Position numbers and translations under genes: made by a program. The notes beneath the pieces were generated by a model. The model was not told the origin of the DNA. It worked only from the letters and a program-made list of their open reading frames with translations, and ran no database searches. Shown here in pieces: positions 50,662-63,754 of a DNA stretch of 64,000 bases. Position 1 is the first letter of the stretch, and the number at the start of each line of letters is the position of its first letter. The DNA is from Lophium mytilinum (taxonomy: Eukaryota): NCBI GenBank assembly GCA_010093605.1, contig MU004196.1:1076606-1140605 (forward strand), read 5' to 3'.

Positions 50662-51587
50662 CTAATTAATGGATAGAATAGTAGAGCTAGAAACTTAGAG
50701 TATAATCTATATATATTTATTAACTACTAGTAAGATAATTAGATATAATACCTAAGTACTATAGAGGTTATACTTAATTCTAAGATATATGCTTTAACTA
50801 AGTTTACCTCTTTTAAGCTAGCCTATTTTATATAACCTATCTTTCTAAATAGTCTACCTAAAACTAAGTATTAGGGTAAGACCCCTAATCTAGAGTTTAA
50901 TACTACTTTCTTAAATACTTTCTTAGAGGATATATAAAGAGGGGCTTTAATTAGGCCCTGCTACCTACTATAGTGGTAGTAGGAACATAGGCGCCTCTAA
51001 AACCTTTACTCTTATAGTCTTAGTTAGATTAGCGAAGTATAGCATAGAGGCACGCTAAAGCAATAGTAGTGCTAAAGGACTTTAATGGATAGAGGGTGCA
51101 AGGAAGAAAGTTGCGAGTAGATGTTCGGCGCCCCAGCGCTTAGTTATAATGTGTATGGGTCAAACAGGGACTGGCGGTAATAGCAGCCATTCTAATAGAT
51201 CAATCGCGCCTAGTTATAATAGAGCAATGCGCTATAAATATATCCCGATTAATCCGGAACTAATTACCCCAGAAACTTGAGGCAAGAACTTGTGTTATGT
51301 GAGCTGTTTAATTTAGCAGATTTAGTTCGCTATATAAGAGATATTTATCCTCTATGTTGTAACTACACACATTTCAATATATCTCTTCCTAATTGCTTTG
51401 CCTTAGCTGCGGCTTGCTCTAGCGCGCGCCCCTGAGACGCCGGACCAATCGGCTTTCAGGGGCTAAACCCCTACGCTTTGCTGTTCAACAACAGCTCAGG
51501 TGAGAACTGCTCAGCAAGTTGACATTCTTTGCCCTGTTTCAATCTGCGCAGTCGAGTCTCAAATAACCAGTGTCTGAAGTGCCCGCC

Positions 51588-52996
51588 ATGTCCTCATCTC
51601 AGAGCCGCATAGCTGAGCTGGCTGCCGCAGTGGCACACCACACTCAGCGAATTGACAGGTATCTGGCTGAAAACCGCTTGCCATACCCATCCTTCGACGC
51701 CGATGGCCCTGCTAACCTCGGACTGCCACCCGATCTCGAACAATCACGCACTGCAGCCCTACAAGCAACCCAAGAACTCAACGACCTTCTTCAGGGACCG
51801 AGGGATCTGCTCTTCAATCACCACGTACGTATCATCTAACAACAACTAAGGCTATGCGTGTGCGGCTAAGGCATGAATAGCACAATATTCTAGTATACCT
51901 AAAGTTGGTTTCGCGATTCGACCTTGCCAATAAACTACCTGTCGATGGAGAAATCACATTTAGAGAGCTGGCAGCGACCATCGGTATTGACTGTGCAGCA
52001 CTCACCCGTGTCCTCCGCCTCGGTATTGCGTACCGCATATTCAAGGAGCCTCGGCCTGGAGTGATTGCCCACTCTGCAGCTTCTAGACAAATTGCGGATG
52101 ACCCGCGTGTTGCAAGCTGGGTCGGGGCCAATGTAGACGATATGTGGCCAGCAGCGGAGAGGGTTGTGGAGGCGCTTGTGAAGTGGCCCCAGGCCGCAGA
52201 GCCAAACCAAACTGTACCCAAACGCCTCCAAGTATTTAATAGCAGTCGAATGACCATATCAAGGGATTCTCATTGGCCAACGAGACTGATCAGCCTTTCT
52301 ACGCTGTGCTAGCCCAAAATCCCGATCGAGCCCGCCGTTTTGGTGGTGCTATGAGCTTTTTCACCACAGGGGAGGGCTATTCCTTACGCCACCTAACAGA
52401 TGGATATCCCTGGGATTCGATTCTTTCCGGGACTGTCGTAGACCTAGGCGGATCCCACGGCGATGCAGCATTTGCTCTGGCTCGGAGATATCCCAACCTC
52501 CACCTGATAGTTCAGGAGTTGCCTGAAATCGTCGCGAACTCGAAGGAAGAGGATGGCGTAGACGTAAAGTTCATGGCGCACGACTTCTTCGAGGAGCAGC
52601 CTATAAATGGTGCTGACGTTTATCTCTATCGCTGGATCTTGCATAACTGGCCTGACAAGTATTGTATCAAGATTCTGAAGGCATTGATACCAGCTCTGAA
52701 GAAGGGTGCGCGAGTACTCATTATGGACTTTGTGATGCCCCCTCCTGGTGTGCTTCCGAATGACGTTGAGCGAAAGCTGAGGTAAGTGCCTAACGACTTA
52801 GTGATCTTCTTACTATGCTAATAATTTACCCAGGGCGATGGACCTTACCATGATGGAGATTGGTAACGCTAAGGAACGAGATCTTGGCGAGTGGAAAATC
52901 CTATTTGAACAGGCTGATGCAAGATTCGTTTTCAAAGACATGAAGCAACCTTCAGGTTCTAGACTTGCAATCATCGAGGCAGTGTGGGAGGAGTAG
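51588..52996 (+). CDS. SAM-dependent O-methyltransferase (Methyltransf_2, OmtA/COMT-like); 4 exons
   Basis: VVDLGGSHG, VQELP, FMAHDFF.EQP..GADVYLYRWILHNWPD, AKERDLGEW. Introns ~51825-51880, ~52214-52263 and ~52782-52833; the ORF appears intact. Confidence 0.92.
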
Positions 52997-53622
52997 AATT
53001 GAGGGTTTCTCACGAAAGGAAGGATGTTGCAGAAGCGTCAAAGAATGGTAGACCTACGATAACAGAACTTACTCATGCAAATGGGAGCCTTTTGCACGAT
53101 TTGTATCTGTCACACCTATTGAACAATCATTCAGCTCATACAGTTCGATCATTTTATTGTGTCATTAGGGTTAATATGCCACCAATATCATTACAGCACA
53201 AAGTCAATAGGTACTCCATTCAGAATATACTCGTACCGAGGAAAGGAGCAGCAACATGAATATCCAGCATGTCCACGTTGAAAGCTGTTACTCCTTTTAA
53301 CGCCACTGGTAGACGTATATATCGTCCGCATCTCGTCCTTAGGGTGCTCTGCCGTGGGGTTTCCCGGTCTAATAGCATTGATGGCATTAGCAGCTGTAAT
53401 CAGCGTTGCTTCTGGGATGATAGCAAAACTACTTGAATTAATTAATCTAAATGTACCCTTATGAGCAAATTTGGCTTCGCCTACTGCTCTCTGCCCTAAT
53501 ACGTATAGCGTGTTATCTGCTTTGTACTCTGGAAGTGCTTATATACGGTAAGGTATTGGTCTATTTATTACTAAGGTGCAATATTCTTTGAAAGGAAAGG
53601 CAACTTAATCTTAGGTATAAGA

Positions 53623-53886
53623 TGTTAAAGATATAGAGTTAATGTGAGAACAGATGGACAGATAGATAGATAGGAATTGTATTACTTTAGTTGTATTCTA
53701 TATTAACAGCAACAAAGCTGTATATATACAGCATTTAATGCATTGTAAAACGTTTCTCTAACGTTTTTATAATGTTATCTAATGTTTGTTGTATCATGTT
53801 TAAACGCTTACGGTTTTGTGCTATTTAAAGGCTTTTAAGCCTATTATGCGTAGGGATATAGCGCTTATGCTATTATAAAACTTACA
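53623..53886 (-). mobile_element. Solo copia LTR (264 bp); TSD TAAGA/TAGGA
   Basis: Reverse complement of the family LTR at exact length; the TSD copies differ by one G/A transition. Confidence 0.9.
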
Positions 53887-54206
53887 TAGGATAGGTTACT
53901 CCTAATAGGCACTATTACTTAAGCTAAGTATAAGGTTCCTATCTATAAGAATGAGCGGGCTCAAATACATTAGCTAACTTCTTAGAATGCTATATGCCTA
54001 TCTATACATTGGCAAACCGCGGTCTATATTTATTTATTTATTAACTATCCTAAGATATTAATACAGTATCTTATAGTAGGCTTAAAGAACTAAAGGATTA
54101 GATGCTTGTGTTCTAAGATCCTATATATAGATCTCTTTAACTATTATAATCTACTAACTAGTCTCTTTAATAACCGCTATACTCTAGATATTAGTACTAC
54201 AGCTTA

Positions 54207-54260
54207 TATTAAAGATATAGGGTTGGTACAAGAATAGATAGATAGATAGAAAGATAGGTT

Positions 54261-54337
<77 letters not shown>

Positions 54338-54570
54338 GTTAATAGGTAGATAGATAGATAGGGATTATATTACTTAAGTTCTATTCTATAGTAATAGTGA
54401 TAGAGTTATATATATAAATATACAGTTTTATAGATTAGAATATACTTTTCTAATATTACTCTAATATTATCTAATACTCCTTATAATACCTTTAAATGCT
54501 TATAGCTTTATTTCTCTTTATTAGTTTAACTGTATTATATATAAGGATATAATACATATAGTATGAAATA
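54207..54570 (-). mobile_element. Heavily degraded copia LTR with a (GATA)n expansion
   Basis: tattaaagatatag...(gata)n...attatattacttaagttctattcta matches the reverse-complement LTR. Confidence 0.7.
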
Positions 54571-54681
54571 TATAAAGTATATACTTAAAGAGCTAGACTT
54601 AACAGAGCTACTATATAGATCCTAATAGAAGCAAGATTAGCTAAATAGAACATAGTAATAATAAATAAGATTTGAGTAACC

Positions 54682-54975
54682 TATTATCTATTTATCTATT
54701 TATCTATTTATCTATTTATCTATTTATCTATTTATCTATTTATCTATTTATCTATTTATCTATTTATCTATTTATCTANNNNNNNNNNNNNNNNNNNNNN
54801 NNNNNNNNNNNNNNNNNNNNNNNNNNNNNNNNNNNNNNNNNNNNNNNNTTATCTATTTATCTATTTATCTATTTATCTATTTATCTATTTATCTATTTAT
54901 CTATTTATCTATTTATCTATTTATCTATTTATCTATTTATCTACTTATCTATTTTTCTATCTATCTATCTATTTA
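54682..54975. repeat. (TATCTATT)n satellite spanning an assembly gap
   Basis: Direct inspection: 8-bp unit on both sides of the N run. Confidence 0.95.
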
Positions 54976-55030
54976 TCCACTCATAAATATTTATTTATAT
55001 ATATGTAATCTCTAAGTAGAAAGTTCTTAT

Positions 55031-55294
55031 TGTAAGGTTTACAACAGCATAAGCGTTATATCCTTACGCATAATAGGCTCAAAAGCCTTCAAACGGGACG
55101 AAACCGTGAGCGTTTGAACGTGATACAACAAACGTTAGATAACGTTACAAGAACATTAGAGAAACGTTTTATAATGCATTAAATGCTGTATATATACAAC
55201 TCCGTTGCTGTTGATGTAAAATAGAACTCAAGCAACACAATTTCTATCTATCTATCTATCCATCTATTCTTACATCAACTCTATACCTTTAACA
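55031..55294 (+). mobile_element. Solo copia LTR (264 bp); TSD CTTAT/TTTAT
   Basis: TG..CA ends, colinear with 45339-45602; the TSD copies differ by one C/T transition. Confidence 0.9.
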
Positions 55295-55673
55295 TTTATA
55301 TATCTCTTACTTAATTTGTTTAATTATATTAGATAATATAGCATGCCCTATCTAAGATTAGGGGGACTAGGAAATAAGATATACTATATAAAGCTATATC
55401 TCTAGTATATAGATATATATAATAATAGCAAATATATTAAGCTACTTCTTACTTTTATAAGCCAAGTAGAAATACTAGAGACTATAGTGGAAAAGTAGAT
55501 ATATAATAAAAGAAAGGTATATAGTTAGTAGAGTCTAGTTATTATAAGTTTCCTACTAAAGCTATTTCCTTTCATTGTATATTATATAGTACTAGGCTCT
55601 ATCTAGTATTATGAGAACTTTAGCGATATAGAGCACAGGCCTAGCTCCTTTCAAACGCATTTCAATATGATCC

Positions 55674-57110
55674 TTATCCTCGAGCGAGCTTTTGACTTGG
55701 TGTCCACAAGTCCATTGAAGTGACCGCATCAGTGCCATAAACGGCGGCGTTTGTTGTGAGAAGGATTGGAGGATAATATGGCGTTGTTTCTGATGGTGCC
55801 ACGGGGCTATGCGCATCCGAAGAGGTTTCATCAACCAACTCCTGATCAACGAGAGTATCGCTGGGATTACTTCCAGTGTCCACAACTTCCTCGAACTGAC
55901 TTACGCGATCACAGCACTCATGATATGCTGGAGGGGCTGCGCCGAAGCCGACTACCTTCTCGAACGCTTCTTGGCGGATTTCTTGTAAGCCTTGCCTCGT
56001 GTCTTCCAGTGCCCTTGCAGTGTGTCCAAGATTCTGACCAGCATCCTTTTCCTTTTCCTTCACCAATGTCTTCAATTGATCAAGCAGTACGGCCGCCTCA
56101 TTCAGTTCTTTCCCTGCCTCAGCGACGGAAGCAAGAAGGAGTTGCTTCGTGGAGACGTCTTTCAGGTTCACAGCACTCTTTCTAATCGTGTCCAGTAGTC
56201 TCCTCGTCACCTCCTCGGTCTTCTGGTCTGTTGGATGCAAGTTGTGCTTTGCCTGTTCTACCAACGACAAAGCCATGGTGCGGTAATGCTCTTGGGTCTT
56301 GATCTCCTCCTCAGCTCCACTGAGTGCAAGGAAGAAGCTCGCATCAACCGCATTCACCGCATGCACAAGAGAATTGCCCGCTCTCTTGAAAGCGTTGCCC
56401 GTCTGAACCAGTGACCTGACTGCCCTCCGTATTGATATCAGGTCTTTCTTCGTTCTTTCGTGATCTTGCAGCGCTACGTAGTATGCGCTCTCCCTTCTAT
56501 CCTCCTCCGCAAATCCAGGCGTCGGACCGGCGAAAACGGACTCGTAAAGCTCATCGATCTTCCTATGCGCTTCTCCATGGTCCGTCGCTTGTCGTTCTAG
56601 CTCCTTTCGCTCTTGTTCCGCCTCTTGCAGTTTAGTCTCTAGCAGCTTCAGCCTCGTTTCAGCTCTTGATAGCTCTTTTACTGTTTCGGTGTACTCTTTT
56701 TCTGCTAAGCTTGCCTTTTCCCGGAACTTGGCGGTCATAGCTGTGACGCGGTAGGTCAACCGGCGGACTATCGAGTCTCGGAATAACTCGTGCCGCCTTA
56801 GTGTCTGTAGGGCCTTATTCCGGAGTGCGTCGAGGGCTACGCTGTGGGTAGAAACCTCGGTCTGGAGAATGGTCATATGACGGCCCATGTGGCCGAGGGC
56901 AGCTGGGGCATCCATGGTCAACATGAGTGTATTGAGAAGAGAAGAGTTGAGCGATGCAGAGGCGGCGATTCTTGATCGGACTGCAGCAATCGCTGGCTGT
57001 GCTGTAGAACTAGACGGAAGGGCGCACGACTGTAGTGAGGGTGGGCTTCGGTCTTGGGATGGAGGATTCAAAGGGCCTGTAGGTGCATTGGGCGAAGTAT
57101 AGGTAGTCAT
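55674..57110 (-). CDS. Hypothetical fungal coiled-coil protein
   Basis: Long intronless ORF, helical and charged; the IDELYESVFAGPTPGFAEED block resembles uncharacterised fungal coiled-coil proteins (from memory). Confidence 0.7.
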   Translation of the reverse strand: MTTYTSPNAPTGPLNPPSQDRSPPSLQSCALPSSSTAQPAIAAVRSRIAASASLNSSLLNTLMLTMDAPAALGHMGRHMTILQTEVSTHSVALDALRNKALQTLRRHELFRDSIVRRLTYRVTAMTAKFREKASLAEKEYTETVKELSRAETRLKLLETKLQEAEQERKELERQATDHGEAHRKIDELYESVFAGPTPGFAEEDRRESAYYVALQDHERTKKDLISIRRAVRSLVQTGNAFKRAGNSLVHAVNAVDASFFLALSGAEEEIKTQEHYRTMALSLVEQAKHNLHPTDQKTEEVTRRLLDTIRKSAVNLKDVSTKQLLLASVAEAGKELNEAAVLLDQLKTLVKEKEKDAGQNLGHTARALEDTRQGLQEIRQEAFEKVVGFGAAPPAYHECCDRVSQFEEVVDTGSNPSDTLVDQELVDETSSDAHSPVAPSETTPYYPPILLTTNAAVYGTDAVTSMDLWTPSQKLARG

Positions 57111-57860
57111 TGCGAGACTGGGCTGCTCCAACGAGATGGAAAGAAAGTTGAAGGGGGGGAGTCGAAATGTAAAGAACGGGAGACGATGGAGAAACGAGTT
57201 GTATATAGGAACTGTAATGAGTTGGTATTATGCGGAAAGTGTTCCAAGGTTGGGGGCTTGTTTCGTTGATGATGAAGCTTGAGTTTCCCGAATTAGGGTG
57301 ATAGGGAATCATCTCAGCCACCGAGTCATGCGAGTGAGCTGAGGCACCAAACCAAAGCCATACGCTCAGCCCCACACTGAGGCCGAGACGGCTTTGATAG
57401 ATTCCAAATTAACCTCAGATACCTTAAAGCTAAGTCATGTGGCTTTCAGCATAGCGTTCCAGGATATTGAGATCATCTGTTGGTTGTCTCGTAGTTGGGA
57501 TGATGGGTACAATCAAAGATCGGCATGCTCAAAATCTATTCTCAAGATCATCTGATGTGAAGATGGTAGGTTGAATGCTCGCTGATACGGAGAACAACAT
57601 AGCTGTCTTCCCGGCGTTCCCGGTGTTTCTGGTGTTTGTTGAGATGATTGAAGAACAGATGCACAAGGGTTGATGGGATGAAGCACGTGAGCCCCCCTCG
57701 AAGAGCCCGTGCGCCGCTCTTATCTAATCAGAAAACGCAAAACGACGGGCGAGGCGGCGGCGCGTCTTCTATCTTCAAGCTCACTCTCGACTTCTCTTCA
57801 CGCGTCTCCCCAATACCCATCCACCCCCATTGACCTCCACGCGCGTAACTTCCGATCACA

Positions 57861-58607
57861 ATGCTTTCCACCGCAAGTCCTTGGTCTCACCAAAGCTTTT
57901 ACGCGCCCAGCCGGCCGTCGCCACTCTCCTCGCTTCCTCCAAATGCTTGCCAGCGCTCGTTCGACAGACCGGTCATGATGGAACGCTCTGGATCCAACAA
58001 AGACATCCCCTTCTCAAAGCGCGCAATTAAGGCGAACCCCGTCGTGCAGACTCGCGATGCCGTGAAAGAACGTCGTCGCGACATGTTCTTCAAGAAGGTC
58101 CAGCAAGACCGCGACGACCGGAGATGGGCTTCTCGAGGCGAACAGGTGAGGAGTTGCCACCTCGAACGCTTCAGCGACAAACCATACTGACTGGCAACTC
58201 AGATACTTCGACTGGACTTTGTCGCGGAACAGAAGCGGTGGGAGGCTGAGAAGGCGAAGGAGGCCCCGAATGCCGAACGCGATCTGGATGACTACGTATC
58301 CTCTGGCTGGAACTCTGGACAGCAAACGAAACGCTCCCAACAGCAACAAGATGCGGACACTTACGTCGAGAACTATCGTGAGGAAGAGGCAGACCACATC
58401 CTGGAGCAAGAGAACCGCGAACTGGACGCTCTCGTATCATCATTGGACGAGTCGTATCCGGAGCAAGACGACATACCCCAAGGCTTCGGAAGCGACGACG
58501 AAGACTATGACGCCCTCTTCATGGACCTTCTGAGTTCGCAAGAGAACCAGCATCAGAGTTCAGGATCACAATTATATGATGATAATGATGCTATGGACAT
58601 TTCATGA
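57861..58607 (+). CDS. Conserved hypothetical protein; 2 exons
   Basis: KERRRDMFFKKVQQDRDDRRWASRGEQ|ILRLDF with an acidic C-terminus ending MDIS; GTGAGG..CTGAC..CAG intron. Confidence 0.75.
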
Positions 58608-58775
58608 ATTTGCGCGGACAGTCATTGCATTTCCAGGAGCAAGGAGTTGGGGTTATCGTGGTTTCACTTGGAGTTATGGCTTCCATGGATGGTGATGATG
58701 GCAAAGGCCTCCGCCGGAGGTTATCAGGAAGCAGGGTCATACGGGGCCATCTTGAATGCGTACATATTTTATTGA

Positions 58776-59796
58776 TTATTGCTGCGGGCAACCCGCATCT
58801 ATTTCCCCCAGAGCCTCTTGAGCGGCATTCATATCGCCTACAAGATCGGGTGGCGGTGATCCAGCGGCTTGCATCTGCAATTAATCAGTATGTGCTAGTG
58901 ATTCCAATACAGTCAACTGCCTTACCTTCTGCATTCTCTCAACAATGTACTCTCGGTCTGGGGCGTTAGAATCCGAGTACCCGCTCATTTCAAACCTGGC
59001 CACAATTTCCGTGACCAACCTGTGCTGCTCCTCGTACCTGTCGAGGTCCTCCTTTGGTGTTTTCTCCTTATTCTTTGCCATCCAATCCGGGAACTTGTCG
59101 AGTAGTTCCTTCATCGGCTCATACAAGATTTCCTTGTTCGTGAGCTGCTCCATCATGCCCAGAAGCATCTTCGAGAAGTCGTCATCACTGCCTTCGCCGC
59201 CAAAACCTCCCTTCTCCATCTCCTTCAGCATCTGGGCAAATATATCATCCGGATCTGAAGACGCCGCTGCAGCACTCGCCTGGTCGCCTGACTCCTGCAT
59301 CCGCTCCATAGTCTTCCGTATTGTCTCTTGAAACGACTCCTCGGCAGCCTTGGTCGAAGCCGATTTATCACCAGAACTGGATGCGCCAGGCGCACTCGCG
59401 CCCGCGCCCGCACCCGCATCCGAGGCCGCCGCACCGCCTAGATCTTTGACCATATCCTCAAACTGTTTTTGTAGTTCAGGCGACGTTTCAAGCTCTCCCA
59501 GGAGGTCCGCCATGCCGGCTTGTAGTTGCAGTGCGAATTCGTCTTCATCGGCAACAGCTGGCTCTGGCACCCCGCCGGGTCGTCCAGGGCCTGATACCGC
59601 GGGCGCGGGTGCCTTCGCGTCTAGTTTTGTCGCGGCAAACTCGTCCAAAACATCTGATTCTCTCGTCAATACGACTACTCTAAAGCTACCGTGAGCGCAA
59701 GTACTTACCGTCCAGGTCGTCAAGATCGTCCTCGTCCGGGTCCGGCGCTGATTCAACAGCAGCTTCCGCTAGCTTTTCGGGCGCCTTGTCGGCCAT
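58776..59796 (-). CDS. pex19: Peroxin Pex19 (peroxisomal membrane protein receptor); 3 exons
   Basis: DEDDLDDLD|DVLDEF, SFQETIRKTMERMQES, MMEQLTNKEILYEPMKEL, MQKMQAAGSPP, C-terminal CaaX box CPQQ. Confidence 0.95.
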
Positions 59797-60225
59797 GCTG
59801 CCGTGGATTGCCTTGCCAATGGAGCGGTGCGGTGGGTATATGTAGTTGATTGCGCTGGCTGCCTCGGTGATGGACCAAACCACAGTCGCGGCCCGCATAA
59901 ATTCGGCGGGGTATTCTACGGCTTGCCGAGCGCGACCGCACCTAGAAGAGATCGGCGGCGCGGGGCCTGGATTGGGGCGGGCGTGAATTTGTCTTGGCAG
60001 GCCTCTTCCACTTCACTTTGTCGCGGATCTGTCGTTCTGCCTGCGTACAGCTCGCCTCACCCCCGCCACTCACCTCCAATCCTCCGCCCGCCCTCCCATT
60101 TCCACCCAGAAGTCGCTGGACCTCCTGCGACTTCATTCGACGGACCTGGTGGTTTTGGGGCACTCATATCCAAACTTCTTCGAGATCTTCACCAGGCATC
60201 TGCTCAGCTCAGCCTTGTCGCAAAG

Positions 60226-60869
60226 ATGTCTCTCTGCCAGAACCGACTCCAGGAGGAGAGGTATGCGATCACCTCGGCTGCATATCACGTCGGAAGCGCT
60301 GACAGATTCACAGGAAGCAATGGCGGCGAGATCACCCGTTCGGCTTCTTTGCGAAGCCTGTCCGCAACCCCCAGGGCGTCCTTGACTTGAAGAAGTGGGA
60401 GTGTGGCGTGCCCGGCAAGGACAAGACACTGTGGGAAGGCGGATTATTCAAGCTCGAAGTTGCCTTCCCCGACGGTTTGTGAAACCCGCCCTGAGCTCCA
60501 TGACGCCTCAGCAAGTGCAAGATCCCGTCGCTAACGAGAACAGAGTACCCTACGAAGCCCCCCAAGTGTGAGTCATTTTCTGTCACGCCTGAGCCCACGA
60601 AGCTGACTTGAACAGGCAAATTCGTCCCACCACTCTTCCATCCCAACGTCTATCCGTCTGGCACCGTTTGCCTCTCCATTCTGAACGAAGAAGAGGGCTG
60701 GAAGCCCGCGATCACGATCAAGGAAATCCTGCTCGGCATCCAGTCACTTCTCGACGAGCCAAACCCCGATTCTCCCGCGCAGGCTGACGCGTTCAATCTG
60801 TTCAAAAAGAACCGCGCCGACTACGAGAAGAAGATCCGCAACATCGTCAAGGAGAACCCTGCGCCATAA
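60226..60869 (+). CDS. ubc9: SUMO-conjugating enzyme Ubc9; 4 exons
   Basis: [27 protein letters not shown]...[30 protein letters not shown]. Confidence 0.97.
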
Positions 60870-61648
60870 TTGCAGCATCAGGAGCTGGAACGGGATTGGC
60901 ATTGGTGTTCGTGAACATCTTGGAAGGGTAAGGCGATTTCGTCATATTTGATCGATGGCGTATTCGAATTGATGGCGTGCACTGGGGAGGCGTTTCGGAC
61001 TGTCAATTTGGCTTACACATTTCGGCATGGCTATAGCGAGCATGAGCAACGAGATTCTTGCCTCTAACCCACAACTCCAAGTGGTGGCAGTTTTAGGAAT
61101 CATGCTGTCATCGAATGCAGAGCGGAGGAGGAGCTTTTTCGTCCAGTCACACTGATGAATAACTCTACCAACGAACTAAACTGGAAAGAGCCGTGCGAAG
61201 TGATGTGGTCCAGTGCATGTTTAAAGTCCTGGGCATGACGAAGATGAAAGCTTGCCCCGAAGATGTGTTGGGTTATGGATTTGAAGCTTTTGACAAGTGG
61301 AATATCCCTCTATAGGCCATTCTAGTGCCCGGCCCTGCCAATTGGTCGTGGTAAAAGAGTGTGCTAAATATCCTTCGGAACGACACGGTACTGTTAGTAT
61401 TGAAGCATCACAAAAGAAATGGCGCGATAGTGGAACGATTAGAGAGACCTACGACCGTCGTAAATGTCGGCCAGACCTTTTGCAGAGCCTTTTATGCTAC
61501 CAATTTAGCACGTCCTTTCCCAATAGAGCTATTGTACAACTCGAATCATCCAGAACTTCCTCTTCAATTTTGGAAACCATCCTTAGTTTAATGGGATCCC
61601 GATTGCCGTCACGATACGTCGTCCGCTGCCTAGCTGGCTCGTCGAAAT

Positions 61649-62627
61649 CTAGTAGGGATAGCCCGATCGGCCGGCCGGCGCACCTCGTGCACGGTAACCG
61701 CCTCGGTAACTCGAGATCCGTTAGAAATGGCCCATAGAATGTCCTGTCAGGGCGATGCTCACCCACCGCCTCTAGGAGGATATGCAGGGGGACCGTAGCC
61801 GCCTCCGCGGCCTCCATATGGAGAGCCTCGTCCGCCGTACGGCCCGCCACGGCCTCCTCCTCGTCCACCGCCGCCGCCGCCGCCGCCGCGTCCGCCTCTG
61901 GTCAGGCCTGGCAGGTTCGTTCGTTTGGGCACAACCTAGTACCGTCAGTGACTGGTCAGGTCTAGGCGGCAGGTGGAGGGAATACCTTCAGATTCCGTCC
62001 CCGAAACACGCTCTCGTTCATGACTAGGGCCTGAGCAACCAAGCTGGGTTCAGTAAACTCGACATACGCGTACCTGCATACGCTCATTAGCGTTCCGAAC
62101 TCTTTCTGCCAGACTCTTGCCAGGTAGCGAAAGACGATAATAACAAAAAACAAGATACAAGAAGGGTTGTAACACCCTCTCGCAAACTCAAATTAGAAAA
62201 CCCGGCTCTAGGTAGTGGCAACTAACCCTTTAGGATGGCCGGTGAACTTGTCCAGCAGGATGGTCACCCGGTTGATGCTGCCGCAGCTCTGGAAGTGGGC
62301 CTGGATCTCCTCAGGCGAGGCGCCGTAGTCGACGTTGCCAACGAAGACGCTGCGGGCGTCTACGTCCTCCTTGTTCTCGCGCAGGTCGTTCGCAGTCTGG
62401 TCCAGGGTGTTCTGCATCTCGCGCAGCTTCGCGGCTTCTGCTTCCATCTCTTGCACACGCCGCTTCATCGCCGTGATCTCTTCCTGCTCATCGCTATCAG
62501 CACTGGTGTCATGCGGCTGTCGTTGACGCCCGCCATCGGGGAGGGTGGTTCTTTCTACCTCATCGTTTCCTTCGTCATCGCGCACGTCTAGCTCCTCGGC
62601 TTCGCGGTGGGGTTCTACGTCGGACAT
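61649..62627 (-). CDS. pab2: Nuclear poly(A)-binding protein (PABPN1/Pab2): RRM plus RGG tail
   Basis: [87 protein letters not shown]-rich tail. The boundary of the last exon is uncertain. Confidence 0.93.
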
Positions 62628-63059
62628 GGCGCACCCGGTTCTTGTTTTATGCTCTTCAGAGTGAACTGGCGCAGCTGGAGTTAGCAGATGAATGTCGCAA
62701 GGTGCGAGGCACGACGGAGAAGCACGCACGGGATGGCTCGGCGCCTGTAGTGATGGCGAGGGGTCCGCGCAACGTGAACAGCGCGTGTCGGAGTGGGCGC
62801 GCAAGTACTGCTTGCGTGGGAGAAATATATAGTGTCGGGGTATGATGAGGCTCAAAAGCAGACGTCGAGTTGAAGCTCGCCGGCGCCACGCGAAGAGCCA
62901 GGAAGCTCCCGGCGCACGGGCCATGGCCTTCTGCAGCCCTGCTAGCTCCCCGGACGCGTGTCTATAAAGTGAATGGCTGAGTTCACCCTGTACGACTTGG
63001 CATGTACTGCTCCGTGATTCAATACTCCGTAAACTCTCGGACGAGACACGAGAAGCATT

Positions 63060-63754
63060 ATGAGCGAAGGACAGCCTCTGCTGCAGACAACGCCGGGGAG
63101 ATCGCAGAACTACCATGCCGCAATCGCCAGAAGCCGCAGCACATTGAGGCGCTTCCTCACATCAAAAGCGGGCCATTACTCCATTCTCCTACTTGTTTCG
63201 CTCGATGTTTCTTGTATCTTCGCAGGTAAGAGGCGGCTCCCTGCACGTTCGAGCCTTCAAGTATTAACTTGTTTCACAAGACTTCATAATCAACATATTC
63301 ACATGCGAAACTCGAGGACCATCGTCTGGCGCCAGCACAGCCCTGGAGGCTCTGGGGATCATTAGCCTGGTCTTTTCGTGTCTATTTATGGTCGAATTGT
63401 TCGCCTCTGTCTGGGCCTTTGGCCCAAAGTATGACTTCCATTCTACGAAGTTTGCTTTTTATCAGTTGCTGACTAACAACCAGGTATTTCCAGTCAAAGT
63501 TCCACTGCTTTGATGCATTGATTATCGTTGCTGGTTTTATTGTCGATGTTCTTTTGCGTGGTGTTATTGAAGAAGTCGCGTCTCTAGTCGTCATCTTCCG
63601 TCTCTGGCGCGTGGTCAAGATCATTGAGGAGCTCAGTGTCGGCGCAGAAGAGCAGATGGAGCAGCTATATGAGCACGTTGCAGATCTTGAGAAGCAGAAC
63701 GGAGAGCTGAAGGAGGAGCTCCGGCGAGTCAAGGCGAGAGCACCTGATGAGTAG
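63060..63754 (+). CDS. Voltage-gated proton channel Hv1 (fungal); 3 exons
   Basis: Four transmembrane segments; S1 Asp (LLVSLDV), FMVEL, HCFDA, S4 [10 protein letters not shown]-terminal coiled coil. Confidence 0.9.
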
